From Bacteroidales bacterium UBA1800 (GTDB lineage Bacteria; Bacteroidota; Bacteroidia; Bacteroidales; VadinHA17): DNA of 53,183 nt. The position numbers and the translations under genes were made by a program. The notes below the pieces were generated by a model that did no database searches, was not told the DNA's origin, and saw only the letters and a list, made by a program, of their open reading frames with translations. The stretch is taken from the NCBI GenBank assembly GCA_002319915.1, contig DCFQ01000085.1:13877-67059 (forward strand), given 5' to 3'. The stretch's first letter is position 1. Every line of letters starts with the position of its first letter. Positions 9,238 through 19,447 of this stretch are shown here, piece by piece.

Positions 9238-9744
9238 ATGACAGCACATGAATTCAACAACAGTTTGATCGAAATGAAAGGCAATCTCCAGAGATTTGCC
9301 ATGAGTCTGACTGCTGACAGGGATTCTGCACTCGATCTTGTGCAGGACACATATCTCAAAGCCATCACCTATAAGGACAAATTCGTCGATTATACAAATC
9401 TGAAAGCATGGGTCTTCACAATCATGAAGAATACCTTTATAAATAACTACAGGAGGAATGTAAAGGAGAATACTATCATTGACGGGACCCAGGATCTCTA
9501 TTTTCTGAACTTGCCGCACGACAAGGGCTCGATATCTCCCGAATCGAGTTACGCGGAAGAGGAGATCAAGAAAGCTATCAATTCACTGAGTGACGATTTC
9601 AGGATCCCTTTCAAAATGCATATTGACGGATTCAAGTACCATGAAATAGCTGAAAAGCTTGGGCTCAAGATCGGAACGGTGAAAAGCAGAATATTTTTCA
9701 CCAGGCAGAAGCTGATGCTGAAATTAAGGGATTATAACGCTTAG
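9238..9744 (+). CDS. ECF RNA polymerase sigma factor
   Basis: DLVQDTYLKA, NLKAWVFTIMKNTFIN, FKYHEIAEKLGLKIGTVKSRIFFTR. Confidence 0.95.
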   Translation: MTAHEFNNSLIEMKGNLQRFAMSLTADRDSALDLVQDTYLKAITYKDKFVDYTNLKAWVFTIMKNTFINNYRRNVKENTIIDGTQDLYFLNLPHDKGSISPESSYAEEEIKKAINSLSDDFRIPFKMHIDGFKYHEIAEKLGLKIGTVKSRIFFTRQKLMLKLRDYNA

Positions 9745-9782
9745 TATAAACTTAGTTAAGGGTTGTTTAATCAGGTTAGGTG

Positions 9783-9816
9783 GAAGGGCTGAGTTACTTC
9801 AGCCCTTCTTTATTTT
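9783..9816. terminator. Intrinsic terminator between convergent genes
   Basis: GAAGGGCTGA-gttact-TCAGCCCTTC followed by TTTATTTT. Confidence 0.7.
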
Positions 9817-10851
9817 CCTGAACGCTATCCCTGATATAACAAACAGGAGGAATACTCCTGAAACGATCCAGGCCCAGAGGTTCACAGTCTTTGATTCGGC
9901 TTTCATTACATAGTCCTGCGTCATGAAAAAATCTGATTTCACCGGCCACACGACATAGCCTGAAGAGTCGACAATTCCGGTGGCAGAGGTCAGCTTGCCC
10001 GGCATGAGGGTCCTCAGGGTATAGTTCCTGAAATCGAAAAAGAACTGGTCCGTCGCTGTTTTGAGCGCGGAATCAGCCTCTGCCCGGTACTCAACAGCAT
10101 TTTTCTCCCCGAGTATTTCCCTCACCAGCGTGCCGTTTGCCCACAGTGAGTCAAAATTCTTTGAATTTGATTCGATGATCCGGGAATAATCGTCAATGTG
10201 TGTATTTAGCGAATCCGGGGAAAGGGCCCGTTTTCCCGATGCAGATGTCAGCCGCGCAAAATCGTAGATCCATTCCGAGACAAGGGATTTTATGGTCCAT
10301 GATTCAACCTTCTTCTTTACGGTGTCGTCGATCGCCCGGTAAAAAAGACTGTCGGGTCCGCTTTTCTTTTCCCCGGCAAGATTGTCAGGCGAGTAAAACC
10401 ATTTCAGCTCGTCAGGACTGAGAAAGTCACTTACCGGGTACCCATGCTGGATCTTCCTGAATACGGTTTCAGTATAGCTGAATTCGGTATTGAACCAGCT
10501 GAACTTCTTACGGAGCCCGGCCGATCGTGAAGCTCCGCGGTTAAAGCTGCTGTCGGCCTTGTATTCCTGTGAGACAGCCTGTGCATCCTTAAAAAGCTTC
10601 TCTGCCCTTCTGACCCAGGTAGTATCTCCCTTTGGGCCGATTTCAACAGAGTCCCTTATGGTCCAAGTTGAGTCGTACGGCAGCTGTACATTTGAAACCT
10701 TCAGATTTTTCTCCTGGTTCCTTATCTCCAGCTTCCTCAGGACAGAGCCGTCGGGGTGAACGATATTTGTGACGATTGCCTCAGGATCATTGCACGACCC
10801 TGCCGTAACCAGTAGGCATGTCAGGATCAATTTGAGCTTTCTTCTTTTCAT
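9799..10851 (-). CDS. Hypothetical lipoprotein with C-terminal TM anchor (LppM/DUF3153-like)
   Basis: Lipobox-like TAGSC, VHPDGS, MPGKL..ATG, C-terminal TM helix plus basic tail. Confidence 0.65.
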   Translation of the reverse strand: MKRRKLKLILTCLLVTAGSCNDPEAIVTNIVHPDGSVLRKLEIRNQEKNLKVSNVQLPYDSTWTIRDSVEIGPKGDTTWVRRAEKLFKDAQAVSQEYKADSSFNRGASRSAGLRKKFSWFNTEFSYTETVFRKIQHGYPVSDFLSPDELKWFYSPDNLAGEKKSGPDSLFYRAIDDTVKKKVESWTIKSLVSEWIYDFARLTSASGKRALSPDSLNTHIDDYSRIIESNSKNFDSLWANGTLVREILGEKNAVEYRAEADSALKTATDQFFFDFRNYTLRTLMPGKLTSATGIVDSSGYVVWPVKSDFFMTQDYVMKAESKTVNLWAWIVSGVFLLFVISGIAFRKIKKG

Positions 10852-10855
10852 GGCA

Positions 10856-11401
10856 TTAAAGATTGGGTCTTGTTTTATTTTCTTCTTCGAGCTTCTTATC
10901 CACGTAATTCTTTATATCAGGGTTTTCCTGTATGATCTTCATAAGGTCCCTGTACCTGACGTCAAGCTCGTTGAATGCTTCGATGAATTTCTCCAGGTCG
11001 TTTCCGGTGATCCTTATCTCACCGTTCGAGTGTATTTTTCCGGAAAGCCTGTAGAGGGTCAGCTGTGATCCGAGTTCAGGCAGAGCCGGCGGTTCAGATT
11101 CATTCCTGAGAACAATGACCTGCCTGTTTATATCCCTGACCTGCCGCAGGAGGGCCGATTGCTGAATGGCAAAAAAGCCCACCAGTAAAAAAGAAGCTGC
11201 GATCAACACCCTTCTCAGGGCGGGGACATATGCCCAGCCGAACAATATCTCGGGGATCCCGTGCAGCCTGGTATCCTGCCTGTTTAGTTTTTCAACCTGT
11301 TCAAGTATCTTCTGCTCAGTCATTGCCTGCTGGTCAAACAAGGGCTTTGATTTCCTGAGCAAACCGACGATCCGGTTATAGTCATTCTTCTCTGTCGTCA
11401 T
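10856..11401 (-). CDS. Putative membrane anti-sigma factor
   Basis: Overlaps the ECF stop by 4 nt; one central TM helix (RVLIAASFLLVGFFAI). Confidence 0.6.
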   Translation of the reverse strand: MTTEKNDYNRIVGLLRKSKPLFDQQAMTEQKILEQVEKLNRQDTRLHGIPEILFGWAYVPALRRVLIAASFLLVGFFAIQQSALLRQVRDINRQVIVLRNESEPPALPELGSQLTLYRLSGKIHSNGEIRITGNDLEKFIEAFNELDVRYRDLMKIIQENPDIKNYVDKKLEEENKTRPNL

Positions 11402-11949
11402 AGCAACTGCATTTTTCTGATCATCTCCCCGACATTTTTTCTCGCATAATAGAGGTTTGCCTTTACAGCGTGTTTTTTCAAACCGGTTATTTCGGCAATC
11501 TCGTCGTACGGCAGTTCCTCGATCTCGGCAAGGATAAACACTGCTTTTTGCCTTGGACTCAGGCTTTCGGTCAGCTTGCTGATCACCATGGAATTCTCTT
11601 CGTTTTCAAGCTGGGTCAGGGAGCCGTCGGCCAGGTGGTTTGAAATTATTTCCCAGGCTCTTTCATCCTGGCGGATCTCAGGCCTGACCTTCGATCTCCT
11701 GAGCACGTCATAACACCTGTTCATGGTGATCCTGTAGACCCAGGTCTTGTACGTTTCCGGGGTCCTGATGCCCGAAAGTTTCTTCCACACTACAATCATG
11801 GTCTCCTGCACGATGTCCTTTGCCATCTCCTCGTCGCCGAGCATCCTGAATGCTACAGAGAACACAAAAGGCGACGTGATCTCAACCACTTTTCTGAAAT
11901 TCGACAGGTTACCGTTCCTGCACTCCTGTATAAGCGATGCTTCAATCAA
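11398..11949 (-). CDS. ECF RNA polymerase sigma factor
   Basis: AKDIVQETMI, YKTWVYRITMNRCYD, LSPRQKAVF...YDEIAEITG...VKANLYYAR; TTG start. Confidence 0.93.
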   Translation of the reverse strand: MIEASLIQECRNGNLSNFRKVVEITSPFVFSVAFRMLGDEEMAKDIVQETMIVVWKKLSGIRTPETYKTWVYRITMNRCYDVLRRSKVRPEIRQDERAWEIISNHLADGSLTQLENEENSMVISKLTESLSPRQKAVFILAEIEELPYDEIAEITGLKKHAVKANLYYARKNVGEMIRKMQLL

Positions 11950-12035
11950 AACTTTTGAACTCTTTGTTTATATGACGTAAATTTACATCTGCGGTAAAAT
12001 ACGGGAACCATTAAAATGAATAAAATAATCCTAAA

Positions 12036-12443
12036 ATGCAGAAAATAATTACTTTCCCGACAGACAGAAAATACGGATTATACGATATAACCTCCCGTGT
12101 GGAGGAAGTGATAAAGGAAAGCGGGATCCGCAGCGGGCTTGTATCAGTATACGCTCGCGGGTCGACAACAGGCATCATGATCCAGGAGAACTGGGACGAG
12201 TCGGTGCAGAATGATGTCATCACACTGCTCGGCAGGCTTGTACCCCAGGGGATTTGGGAACACGACAGGCAGGACAATAACGGGGATTCCCACCTCAAAT
12301 CGGGCCTGATAGGCGCTTCGGAGACAATCCCCGTGGTTGACGGCAAAGCCGGATTATCGACCTGGCAAAATATTTTCTTCTGTGAATTTGACGGTCCGAG
12401 GAATCGCCGGGAGGTAGTTGTGACGGTGATCAATGACAATTAA
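12036..12443 (+). CDS. yjbQ: YjbQ/UPF0047 family (secondary thiamine-phosphate synthase)
   Basis: IQENWD, HDRQDNNGDSHLKSGLIG, TWQNIFFCEFDGPR. Confidence 0.9.
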   Translation: MQKIITFPTDRKYGLYDITSRVEEVIKESGIRSGLVSVYARGSTTGIMIQENWDESVQNDVITLLGRLVPQGIWEHDRQDNNGDSHLKSGLIGASETIPVVDGKAGLSTWQNIFFCEFDGPRNRREVVVTVINDN

Positions 12444-12444
12444 A

Positions 12445-13395
12445 TCATTCTGATGGCCTCCCGGCCCCGGTCAGGTCGGCAACATTCGCCTTAAACCTTG
12501 CATACCCTACCCTCTCAACGGCGGAATCCCTGAAAATCCTGTCAAAATCCACGCCTGACATCGATTGCCACTCTTCCAGGGTCATCTCCGCAAGTTCCGG
12601 TGAGATCCTGAATTCGCCGGCACCGGCTTTCGGTATCCTGTTCCAGGGGCACACCTCCTGGCACCTGTCACACCCGTACACCCTTCTTCCCATCACGGGG
12701 ATGAGCTCCCCGGGTATCGGACCTCTGCCCTCTATGGTAAGGTTGGCAATGCATTTCCTGGCATCAATCGTCCTGTTATCATTTATTGCACCTGTGGGAC
12801 AACTGTCGATGCAGATCCTGCAATTCCCGCAATGGTCTTTGGCGTAAGGCTTGTCATAATCCAGATCCAGATTTAGCAGAAGGATGCCGAGGAATATGAA
12901 CGAGCCAATTTCCTTGTTTATCAGGATCGAGTGCCTGCCCTGCCAGCCGAGCCCCGCTTCTGCAGCCCACGGCTTTTCAAAGACCGGGGCCGAATCAGAA
13001 AACGCACGGCCCTCTGCTTCCGGGACGATCCCGCGGATGAATTCCAGTAATTGCTCAAGTTTGGGGATAATTACAAGATGGTAGTCTTTCCCATACACGT
13101 ACCTCGAAAGTACCGGTACCATGGGTTTCCGCTGCGAGAACTCAGAATAATAGCTTATTCCGGTAACTACAACCGATACGGCGTTTTCAAGAAGGGAAAC
13201 CGGGTCGGCGCGTTTCCCGATGTTACGGGGCAGATAGCCCATCTTGTCGTTCATTCCTGCATCGCACCAGTCTTTCAGGATGCGGGCATTTTTTTCCAGG
13301 ACCCTTGCCTTTGCTATACCGCAAAGATCGAAGCCCAGCTCCCTGGCTTTGTCTTTGAGAAGTGCTGTCAGGGTTGACTTTTCTGGGTGATTCAT
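12445..13395 (-). CDS. queG: tRNA epoxyqueuosine reductase
   Basis: SRYVYGKDYH, DSAPVFEK.WA..AGLGW.G, CGNCRICIDSCPT, GCDRCQEVCPWN. Confidence 0.95.
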   Translation of the reverse strand: MNHPEKSTLTALLKDKARELGFDLCGIAKARVLEKNARILKDWCDAGMNDKMGYLPRNIGKRADPVSLLENAVSVVVTGISYYSEFSQRKPMVPVLSRYVYGKDYHLVIIPKLEQLLEFIRGIVPEAEGRAFSDSAPVFEKPWAAEAGLGWQGRHSILINKEIGSFIFLGILLLNLDLDYDKPYAKDHCGNCRICIDSCPTGAINDNRTIDARKCIANLTIEGRGPIPGELIPVMGRRVYGCDRCQEVCPWNRIPKAGAGEFRISPELAEMTLEEWQSMSGVDFDRIFRDSAVERVGYARFKANVADLTGAGRPSE

Positions 13396-13404
13396 ATGTC
13401 AGGA

Positions 13405-13725
13405 TTAAAGAAATCCCAGTTCAAGCTTTGCCTCGTCGCTCAGCATGCTTTTATCCCACGGCGGATTGAATGTGAGTGTCACCCTGCAGTCCTTTACGCC
13501 TTTGGTTCCAGCAACCTTGTACCTGACCTCCTCAACGAGGTCATCGGCAAGTGGGCAATTTGGAGCCGTCAGGGTCATGGTAATGTGCGCAACCTGATCG
13601 TCGTCAAGGTTTATGCTGTATATGAGGCCGAGATCATAAATATTGACAGGGATCTCCGGGTCATAAACCGATTTGAGGACCTGGCAGATCCTGGTTTCTA
13701 TGTCGAGCTTTTCATTGGGGTCCAT
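13405..13725 (-). CDS. sufT: DUF59/SufT Fe-S assembly protein
   Basis: VYDPEIPVNIYDLGLIY, MTLTAPNCP, PPW; in suf operon. Confidence 0.9.
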   Translation of the reverse strand: MDPNEKLDIETRICQVLKSVYDPEIPVNIYDLGLIYSINLDDDQVAHITMTLTAPNCPLADDLVEEVRYKVAGTKGVKDCRVTLTFNPPWDKSMLSDEAKLELGFL

Positions 13726-13734
13726 ACCGTAAAG

Positions 13735-14157
13735 TTAATTGCTTTTTGATTTATAGGCAATTGCATAAAGCTTCATCTGCCTGACCATTGCCAGCAGTCC
13801 GTTCGACCTGGTCGGAGAGAGATTCTGTCTCAGACCGATTTTATCGATAAAGTAGAGGTCAGCGCCTATGATCTCATCGGGGGTCCTGCCTGTAAGTACC
13901 ATTATCAGGAGCCCGACAATTCCCCTGGTGATGATGGCATCACTGTCGGCTGAGAAGCGGATCAGCTGCCCGTCAAATTCTGATCGCAGCCATACTTTCG
14001 ACTGGCAGCCCTCTATCAGGTATTCATTTGTCTTGAATTTCGGATCAATGGCCGGGACACCCTTACCGTAATCGATAAGCAGGCTGTACTTGTCCATCCA
14101 GTCATCAAAGACCGAAAACTCCGCGACAATCTTCTCCTGTACCTCGTTCAATGTCAT
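13735..14157 (-). CDS. sufE: SufE sulfur acceptor
   Basis: IEGCQSKVW, ADSDAIITRG, LSPTRSNGL. Confidence 0.95.
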   Translation of the reverse strand: MTLNEVQEKIVAEFSVFDDWMDKYSLLIDYGKGVPAIDPKFKTNEYLIEGCQSKVWLRSEFDGQLIRFSADSDAIITRGIVGLLIMVLTGRTPDEIIGADLYFIDKIGLRQNLSPTRSNGLLAMVRQMKLYAIAYKSKSN

Positions 14158-14164
14158 TCCCTTG

Positions 14165-15382
<1,218 letters not shown>

Positions 15383-15389
15383 GTCCGGA

Positions 15390-16748
15390 TCATCCGCATT
15401 TTACCATACAACTTGCACACCTGGAAAGTTCACCTTTAAGCCTCTGCATCACGAGATTGTCCATCCTGTCGCGAAGCGGGTCGACCTTAATGTTCTGGAT
15501 CACTTCATGGGCAAAGCCGAACATCAGCATCAGCCTGGCCTCCTTCTTGTTAATCCCCCTCGACTGCAGGTAGAACAGGGCATCCTCGTTGATCTGACCC
15601 ACCGTCGCACCGTGGCTGCACTTCACATCATTCGCGTAGATCTCGAGCTGTGGCTTTGTGTCCATCCTCGCGCTGTCGGTGAGGAGTATGCTGTTGTTCT
15701 TCTGGTAGGCTATTGTTCCCTGAGCCCCCGGGGCAACAAATATCCTCCCGTTGAATGCGCCGGTTGCCATGTCGTCGAGCACTCCCTTGAAAAGCTGGTT
15801 GCTTGTGCAATTCTGTGCGATATGCTCAACATTCACAAAATTATCAACATGCTGGAACTTGTCAGAAAGGTAGAGCCCGTATGAATTGCATTCCGCCCCT
15901 TCCCCTGCGAGCCTGTGATAGGTGCTGTTCCTGACAAGCCCCCCGTGAAGGGTGATATTGTTCGATGCGGCAAAGCTGTTCCTTTCCTGGTGGATGAAGG
16001 TATGTGTAATCTTGGCAGCATTATTGTGTTCGTTTTGCACCCTGATTATCTCGAAACGGGAGTTTTCCCCGACATAGATCTCGGTGACCGCATTTGTCAG
16101 GAATTTTTGCGGTGAATTGGTATGGTCACAAATGATTATCGTGAACTCGGCATTTTTCTCAACCACAATCAGGTTTCTGTGCTGGTTGAAAGTATCCGCG
16201 TCGGAGTCGACAAGGTCAATTACCTGGACGGGTTTCTTAAGTGAAGCTCCTTCAGGTACATGAACAAAAACCCCGTCGGCTGCCATGGCGGTATTGAGGT
16301 GAACAAGACCGTCGGTATCACTCTTTGCATACCTCGAGTAATGCTTCTCCACAATATCGCTGAATTCCCTTGATGCTTCGTTCAGGCTGCCGATGCGGAT
16401 CCCGCCAGGCAGCTCGCTGAATTTGCCGTTTATGGAAGGGTAGAAGCCGTTCAGAAGCACGATCCCGTGAGAATCGAGATCCGTTACATCGCACCTGAAT
16501 TCCTCGGCCTTCACAAAATCCGAAATTCCGGGAATAAAGTAATTCGCATAATCATTCCTGAAGAATGGCTCAAGGTTCGTGTACCTGTACGATTCATTCT
16601 TTTTTGATGGGATCCCGAGCTCATGAAATCTCTCCATGGCTTTTTCCCGGAAGGAATTGATAAAATCCGATGAACCGGCCATTATCTTTTCCCTGTTGTT
16701 CAGGTAGATCCCGGAATATCTTTCCGCTATGTCAGATTTTGGCTCCAT
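15390..16748 (-). CDS. sufD: Fe-S assembly protein SufD
   Basis: KPQLEIYANDVKCSHGATVG, LFYLQSRGI. Confidence 0.96.
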   Translation of the reverse strand: MEPKSDIAERYSGIYLNNREKIMAGSSDFINSFREKAMERFHELGIPSKKNESYRYTNLEPFFRNDYANYFIPGISDFVKAEEFRCDVTDLDSHGIVLLNGFYPSINGKFSELPGGIRIGSLNEASREFSDIVEKHYSRYAKSDTDGLVHLNTAMAADGVFVHVPEGASLKKPVQVIDLVDSDADTFNQHRNLIVVEKNAEFTIIICDHTNSPQKFLTNAVTEIYVGENSRFEIIRVQNEHNNAAKITHTFIHQERNSFAASNNITLHGGLVRNSTYHRLAGEGAECNSYGLYLSDKFQHVDNFVNVEHIAQNCTSNQLFKGVLDDMATGAFNGRIFVAPGAQGTIAYQKNNSILLTDSARMDTKPQLEIYANDVKCSHGATVGQINEDALFYLQSRGINKKEARLMLMFGFAHEVIQNIKVDPLRDRMDNLVMQRLKGELSRCASCMVKCG

Positions 16749-17505
16749 TTCCGTTATTGTTAACCTCTTTCTTTATCCAGTCGTAACCCTTCGCCTCGAG
16801 CTCCAGCGCCAGCTCCTTTCCGGATGTCTTGACAATGCGGCCGTCGTAAAGCACGTGAACGATATCAGGGACGATGAAATCGAGCAGTCTCTGGTAGTGC
16901 GTGATGACGATTGCTGAAGTGTCGGGACGCTTGATCCTGTTGACACCATTGGCAACTATCCTGAGGGCATCGATATCGAGGCCGGAATCCGTTTCATCGA
17001 GAATTGCAAGCTTCGGTTCGAGCATCGCCATCTGGAAGATCTCGTTCTTCTTCTTCTCGCCTCCCGAAAAGCCTTCATTCACAGACCTGTTGGCCAGCTT
17101 CGAATCGATCTCCACAAGCTCCTTCTTCTCGCGCATCAGCTTAAGGAAATCGGAAGCCGACAAGGGTTCGAGCCCCTTGTGCTTGCGGTGTTCATTCACA
17201 GCGGTTTTCATGAAATTCACCATGCTCACACCTGGTATCTCGATCGGGTACTGAAACCCGAGGAAAATCCCTTCCTTTGAGCGGTCCTCGGGAGACATCG
17301 CGAGAAGGTCCTCCCCGAAATAAGTTACGGTACCTTCGAGGACTTCCACAAAGCTTCTGCCGGCAAGTACAGCGGCGAGAGTGCTTTTCCCCGAGCCATT
17401 GGGTCCCATGATGGCATGGATCTCCCCTGGTTTCACCTCGAGACTGATTCCCTTGAGTATGACTTTCCCGTTGATGGCGGCTTTTAAATCTTTGATTATA
17501 AGCAT
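16732..17505 (-). CDS. sufC: Fe-S assembly ATPase SufC
   Basis: GPNGSGKST, FQYPIEIPGV, GFSGGEKK, LDETDSGLD, ITHY; start at ATG 17505. Confidence 0.97.
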   Translation of the reverse strand: MLIIKDLKAAINGKVILKGISLEVKPGEIHAIMGPNGSGKSTLAAVLAGRSFVEVLEGTVTYFGEDLLAMSPEDRSKEGIFLGFQYPIEIPGVSMVNFMKTAVNEHRKHKGLEPLSASDFLKLMREKKELVEIDSKLANRSVNEGFSGGEKKKNEIFQMAMLEPKLAILDETDSGLDIDALRIVANGVNRIKRPDTSAIVITHYQRLLDFIVPDIVHVLYDGRIVKTSGKELALELEAKGYDWIKKEVNNNGNGAKI

Positions 17506-17531
17506 ATCAGAATATATAGTATCGTTAATTA

Positions 17532-18980
17532 CTAACCCACGCTTCCTTCGAGGCTTATCTGCAGGAGCTTCTGCGCCTCGACGGCGAATTCCATCGGCAG
17601 CTTGTTTATCACTTCCCTTGCATACCCGTTCACGATCAGCCCCACGGCATCCTCGGTCGAGATCCCCCTCTGGTTGCAATAGAATATCTGGTCCTCCCCG
17701 ATCTTCGAGGTTGTCGCCTCATGCTCGACCACGGCGCTCTGGTTGTCGACCTCGATGTATGGGAATGTGTGCGCCCCGCATTTATCTCCCATCAGGAGCG
17801 AATCGCACTGCGAGAAGTTCCTCGCATTGGTTGCATTCTTTACCACCCTGACAAGGCCCCTGTAGCTGTTCTGCCCATGGCCTGCCGAAATTCCTTTCGA
17901 AACAATCGTGCTCCTCGTATTCTTCCCGAGATGGATCATCTTTGTGCCTGTGTCAGCCTGCTGGTAGTTGTTTGTCACAGCTACGGAATAAAATTCACCG
18001 ACCGAATTGTCTCCCCTGAGGATGCATGACGGGTATTTCCAGGTGATTGCCGAACCGGTTTCGATCTGTGTCCAGGAGATCTTCGAGTTGTCGCCTCTGC
18101 ATATTCCGCGCTTGGTCACGAAGTTGAATATACCTCCCTTCCCATCCTTGTCACCGGGGTACCAGTTCTGGACAGTCGAGTACTTCACTTCGGCATTGGC
18201 CTCGGAAATAATCTCGACAACAGCTGCATGAAGCTGGTTCTCATCGCGCATCGGGGCAGTGCACCCTTCAAGGTAGCTGACATAGCTCTCCTCATCCGCT
18301 ACAAGCAGAGTGCGTTCAAACTGACCTGTACTTGCCGCATTTATCCTGAAGTAGGTCGATAGCTCCATGGGGCATCTCACCCCTTTCGGGATGTAGCAGA
18401 AGGAGCCGTCGCTGAATACTGCAGAGTTGAGCGTTGCGAAAAAATTGTCGGTATGGGGGACCACTGTTCCCAGGTACCTTCTTACAAGCTCCGGGTATTC
18501 CCTGACGGCTTCGCTGAAAGAGCAGAAAATAATGCCCATCTCGGCCAGGGCCTCCCTGAATGTGGTCTTTACCGAAACGCTGTCCATCACTGCATCGACG
18601 GCAACCCCGGCCAGGTGCTTCTGTTCCTCGAGCGGGATGCCAAGCTTGTCAAATGTTTTTTTCAGTTCAGGATCGATTTCGTCGATTGAGCCGGGGGAAA
18701 CCTTCTGCCGTGGAGCAGCATAGTAAATAATGTCCTGGTAGTCAATGGAAGGTATTGTAAGATTGGGCCACCGCGGCATTTTAAGGGTCAGCCAGTGACG
18801 GTATGCCCTGAGGCGGAATTCGAGGAGCCATTCAGGCTCATTTTTCTTCCCCGAGATGAGCCGGATAACATCCTCGTCGAGTCCCTTCCGGATCCGCTCA
18901 GTCTCAATATCTGAATAGAACCCGTATTTATATTCCCCCGAGGTAACATCCCTGATGATTTTTTCGTGATCCTTTGCCAT
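17532..18980 (-). CDS. sufB: Fe-S assembly protein SufB
   Basis: [34 protein letters not shown]. Confidence 0.98.
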   Translation of the reverse strand: MAKDHEKIIRDVTSGEYKYGFYSDIETERIRKGLDEDVIRLISGKKNEPEWLLEFRLRAYRHWLTLKMPRWPNLTIPSIDYQDIIYYAAPRQKVSPGSIDEIDPELKKTFDKLGIPLEEQKHLAGVAVDAVMDSVSVKTTFREALAEMGIIFCSFSEAVREYPELVRRYLGTVVPHTDNFFATLNSAVFSDGSFCYIPKGVRCPMELSTYFRINAASTGQFERTLLVADEESYVSYLEGCTAPMRDENQLHAAVVEIISEANAEVKYSTVQNWYPGDKDGKGGIFNFVTKRGICRGDNSKISWTQIETGSAITWKYPSCILRGDNSVGEFYSVAVTNNYQQADTGTKMIHLGKNTRSTIVSKGISAGHGQNSYRGLVRVVKNATNARNFSQCDSLLMGDKCGAHTFPYIEVDNQSAVVEHEATTSKIGEDQIFYCNQRGISTEDAVGLIVNGYAREVINKLPMEFAVEAQKLLQISLEGSVG

Positions 18981-19024
18981 CTATGCCTTATCATGTCCGA
19001 ACCACTCAATAAAAATGCAGTTCG

Positions 19025-19060
19025 TTAATTATATTTAATCTAAATAAACACGCAAAAATA
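19025..19060 (-). promoter_or_regulatory. suf promoter with AT-rich palindromic operator (Fur-family-like)
   Basis: Minus-strand TATTTTTG (-7 element, 19053-19060), followed by imperfect palindrome TTATTTAGA-N5-TATAATTAA (19025-19047). Confidence 0.5.
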
Positions 19061-19190
19061 TAAAAAATCCGAAAACCCGCAGCAGTGAAAATGGATTAAA
19101 TATTATGTCAGCAGTATCCGATTGAATATCTGCAGGCTTATTTTGAGATCTTCAGCTTCATTGATGCTGTATCAAAAGTCCCTTGTTTAT

Positions 19191-19319
19191 CTTTGTGATC
19201 CCGATAGCTATCGGGACCTTAGTGAGCCTTGGTGGTAAAATTTAATTGTCTGAGCCCTGCCTACAGCTAGTGTTGAATTACACGGCAGGCATGCATAAAG
19301 TCCCGATAGCTCCCGATAG
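19191..19319. repeat. REP-like cluster: inverted copy of the 6961-7010 element, a hairpin and two half-sites
   Basis: TCCCGATAGCTATCGGGA at 19199-19216; CCTGCC..GTGT..ACAC-GGCAGG hairpin at 19256-19289; TCCCGATAG twice at 19301-19319. Confidence 0.85.
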
Positions 19320-19447
19320 TTTTTTGAACAGGAAACAAGCTTCATTTGCAGCCGTTGGATAATCCCTGGCCGGCATGGCAGCTTGTAACCGAAATATTTT
19401 TAAATTAGCCGGTCTTTTATAAATAGTTATTGTCACCTGATCTTCAT

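Noticed and set aside
17506-17679. N-terminal extension of SufC in the ORF track
   Set aside because: Overlaps sufB in another frame; ATG 17505 gives a normal SufC
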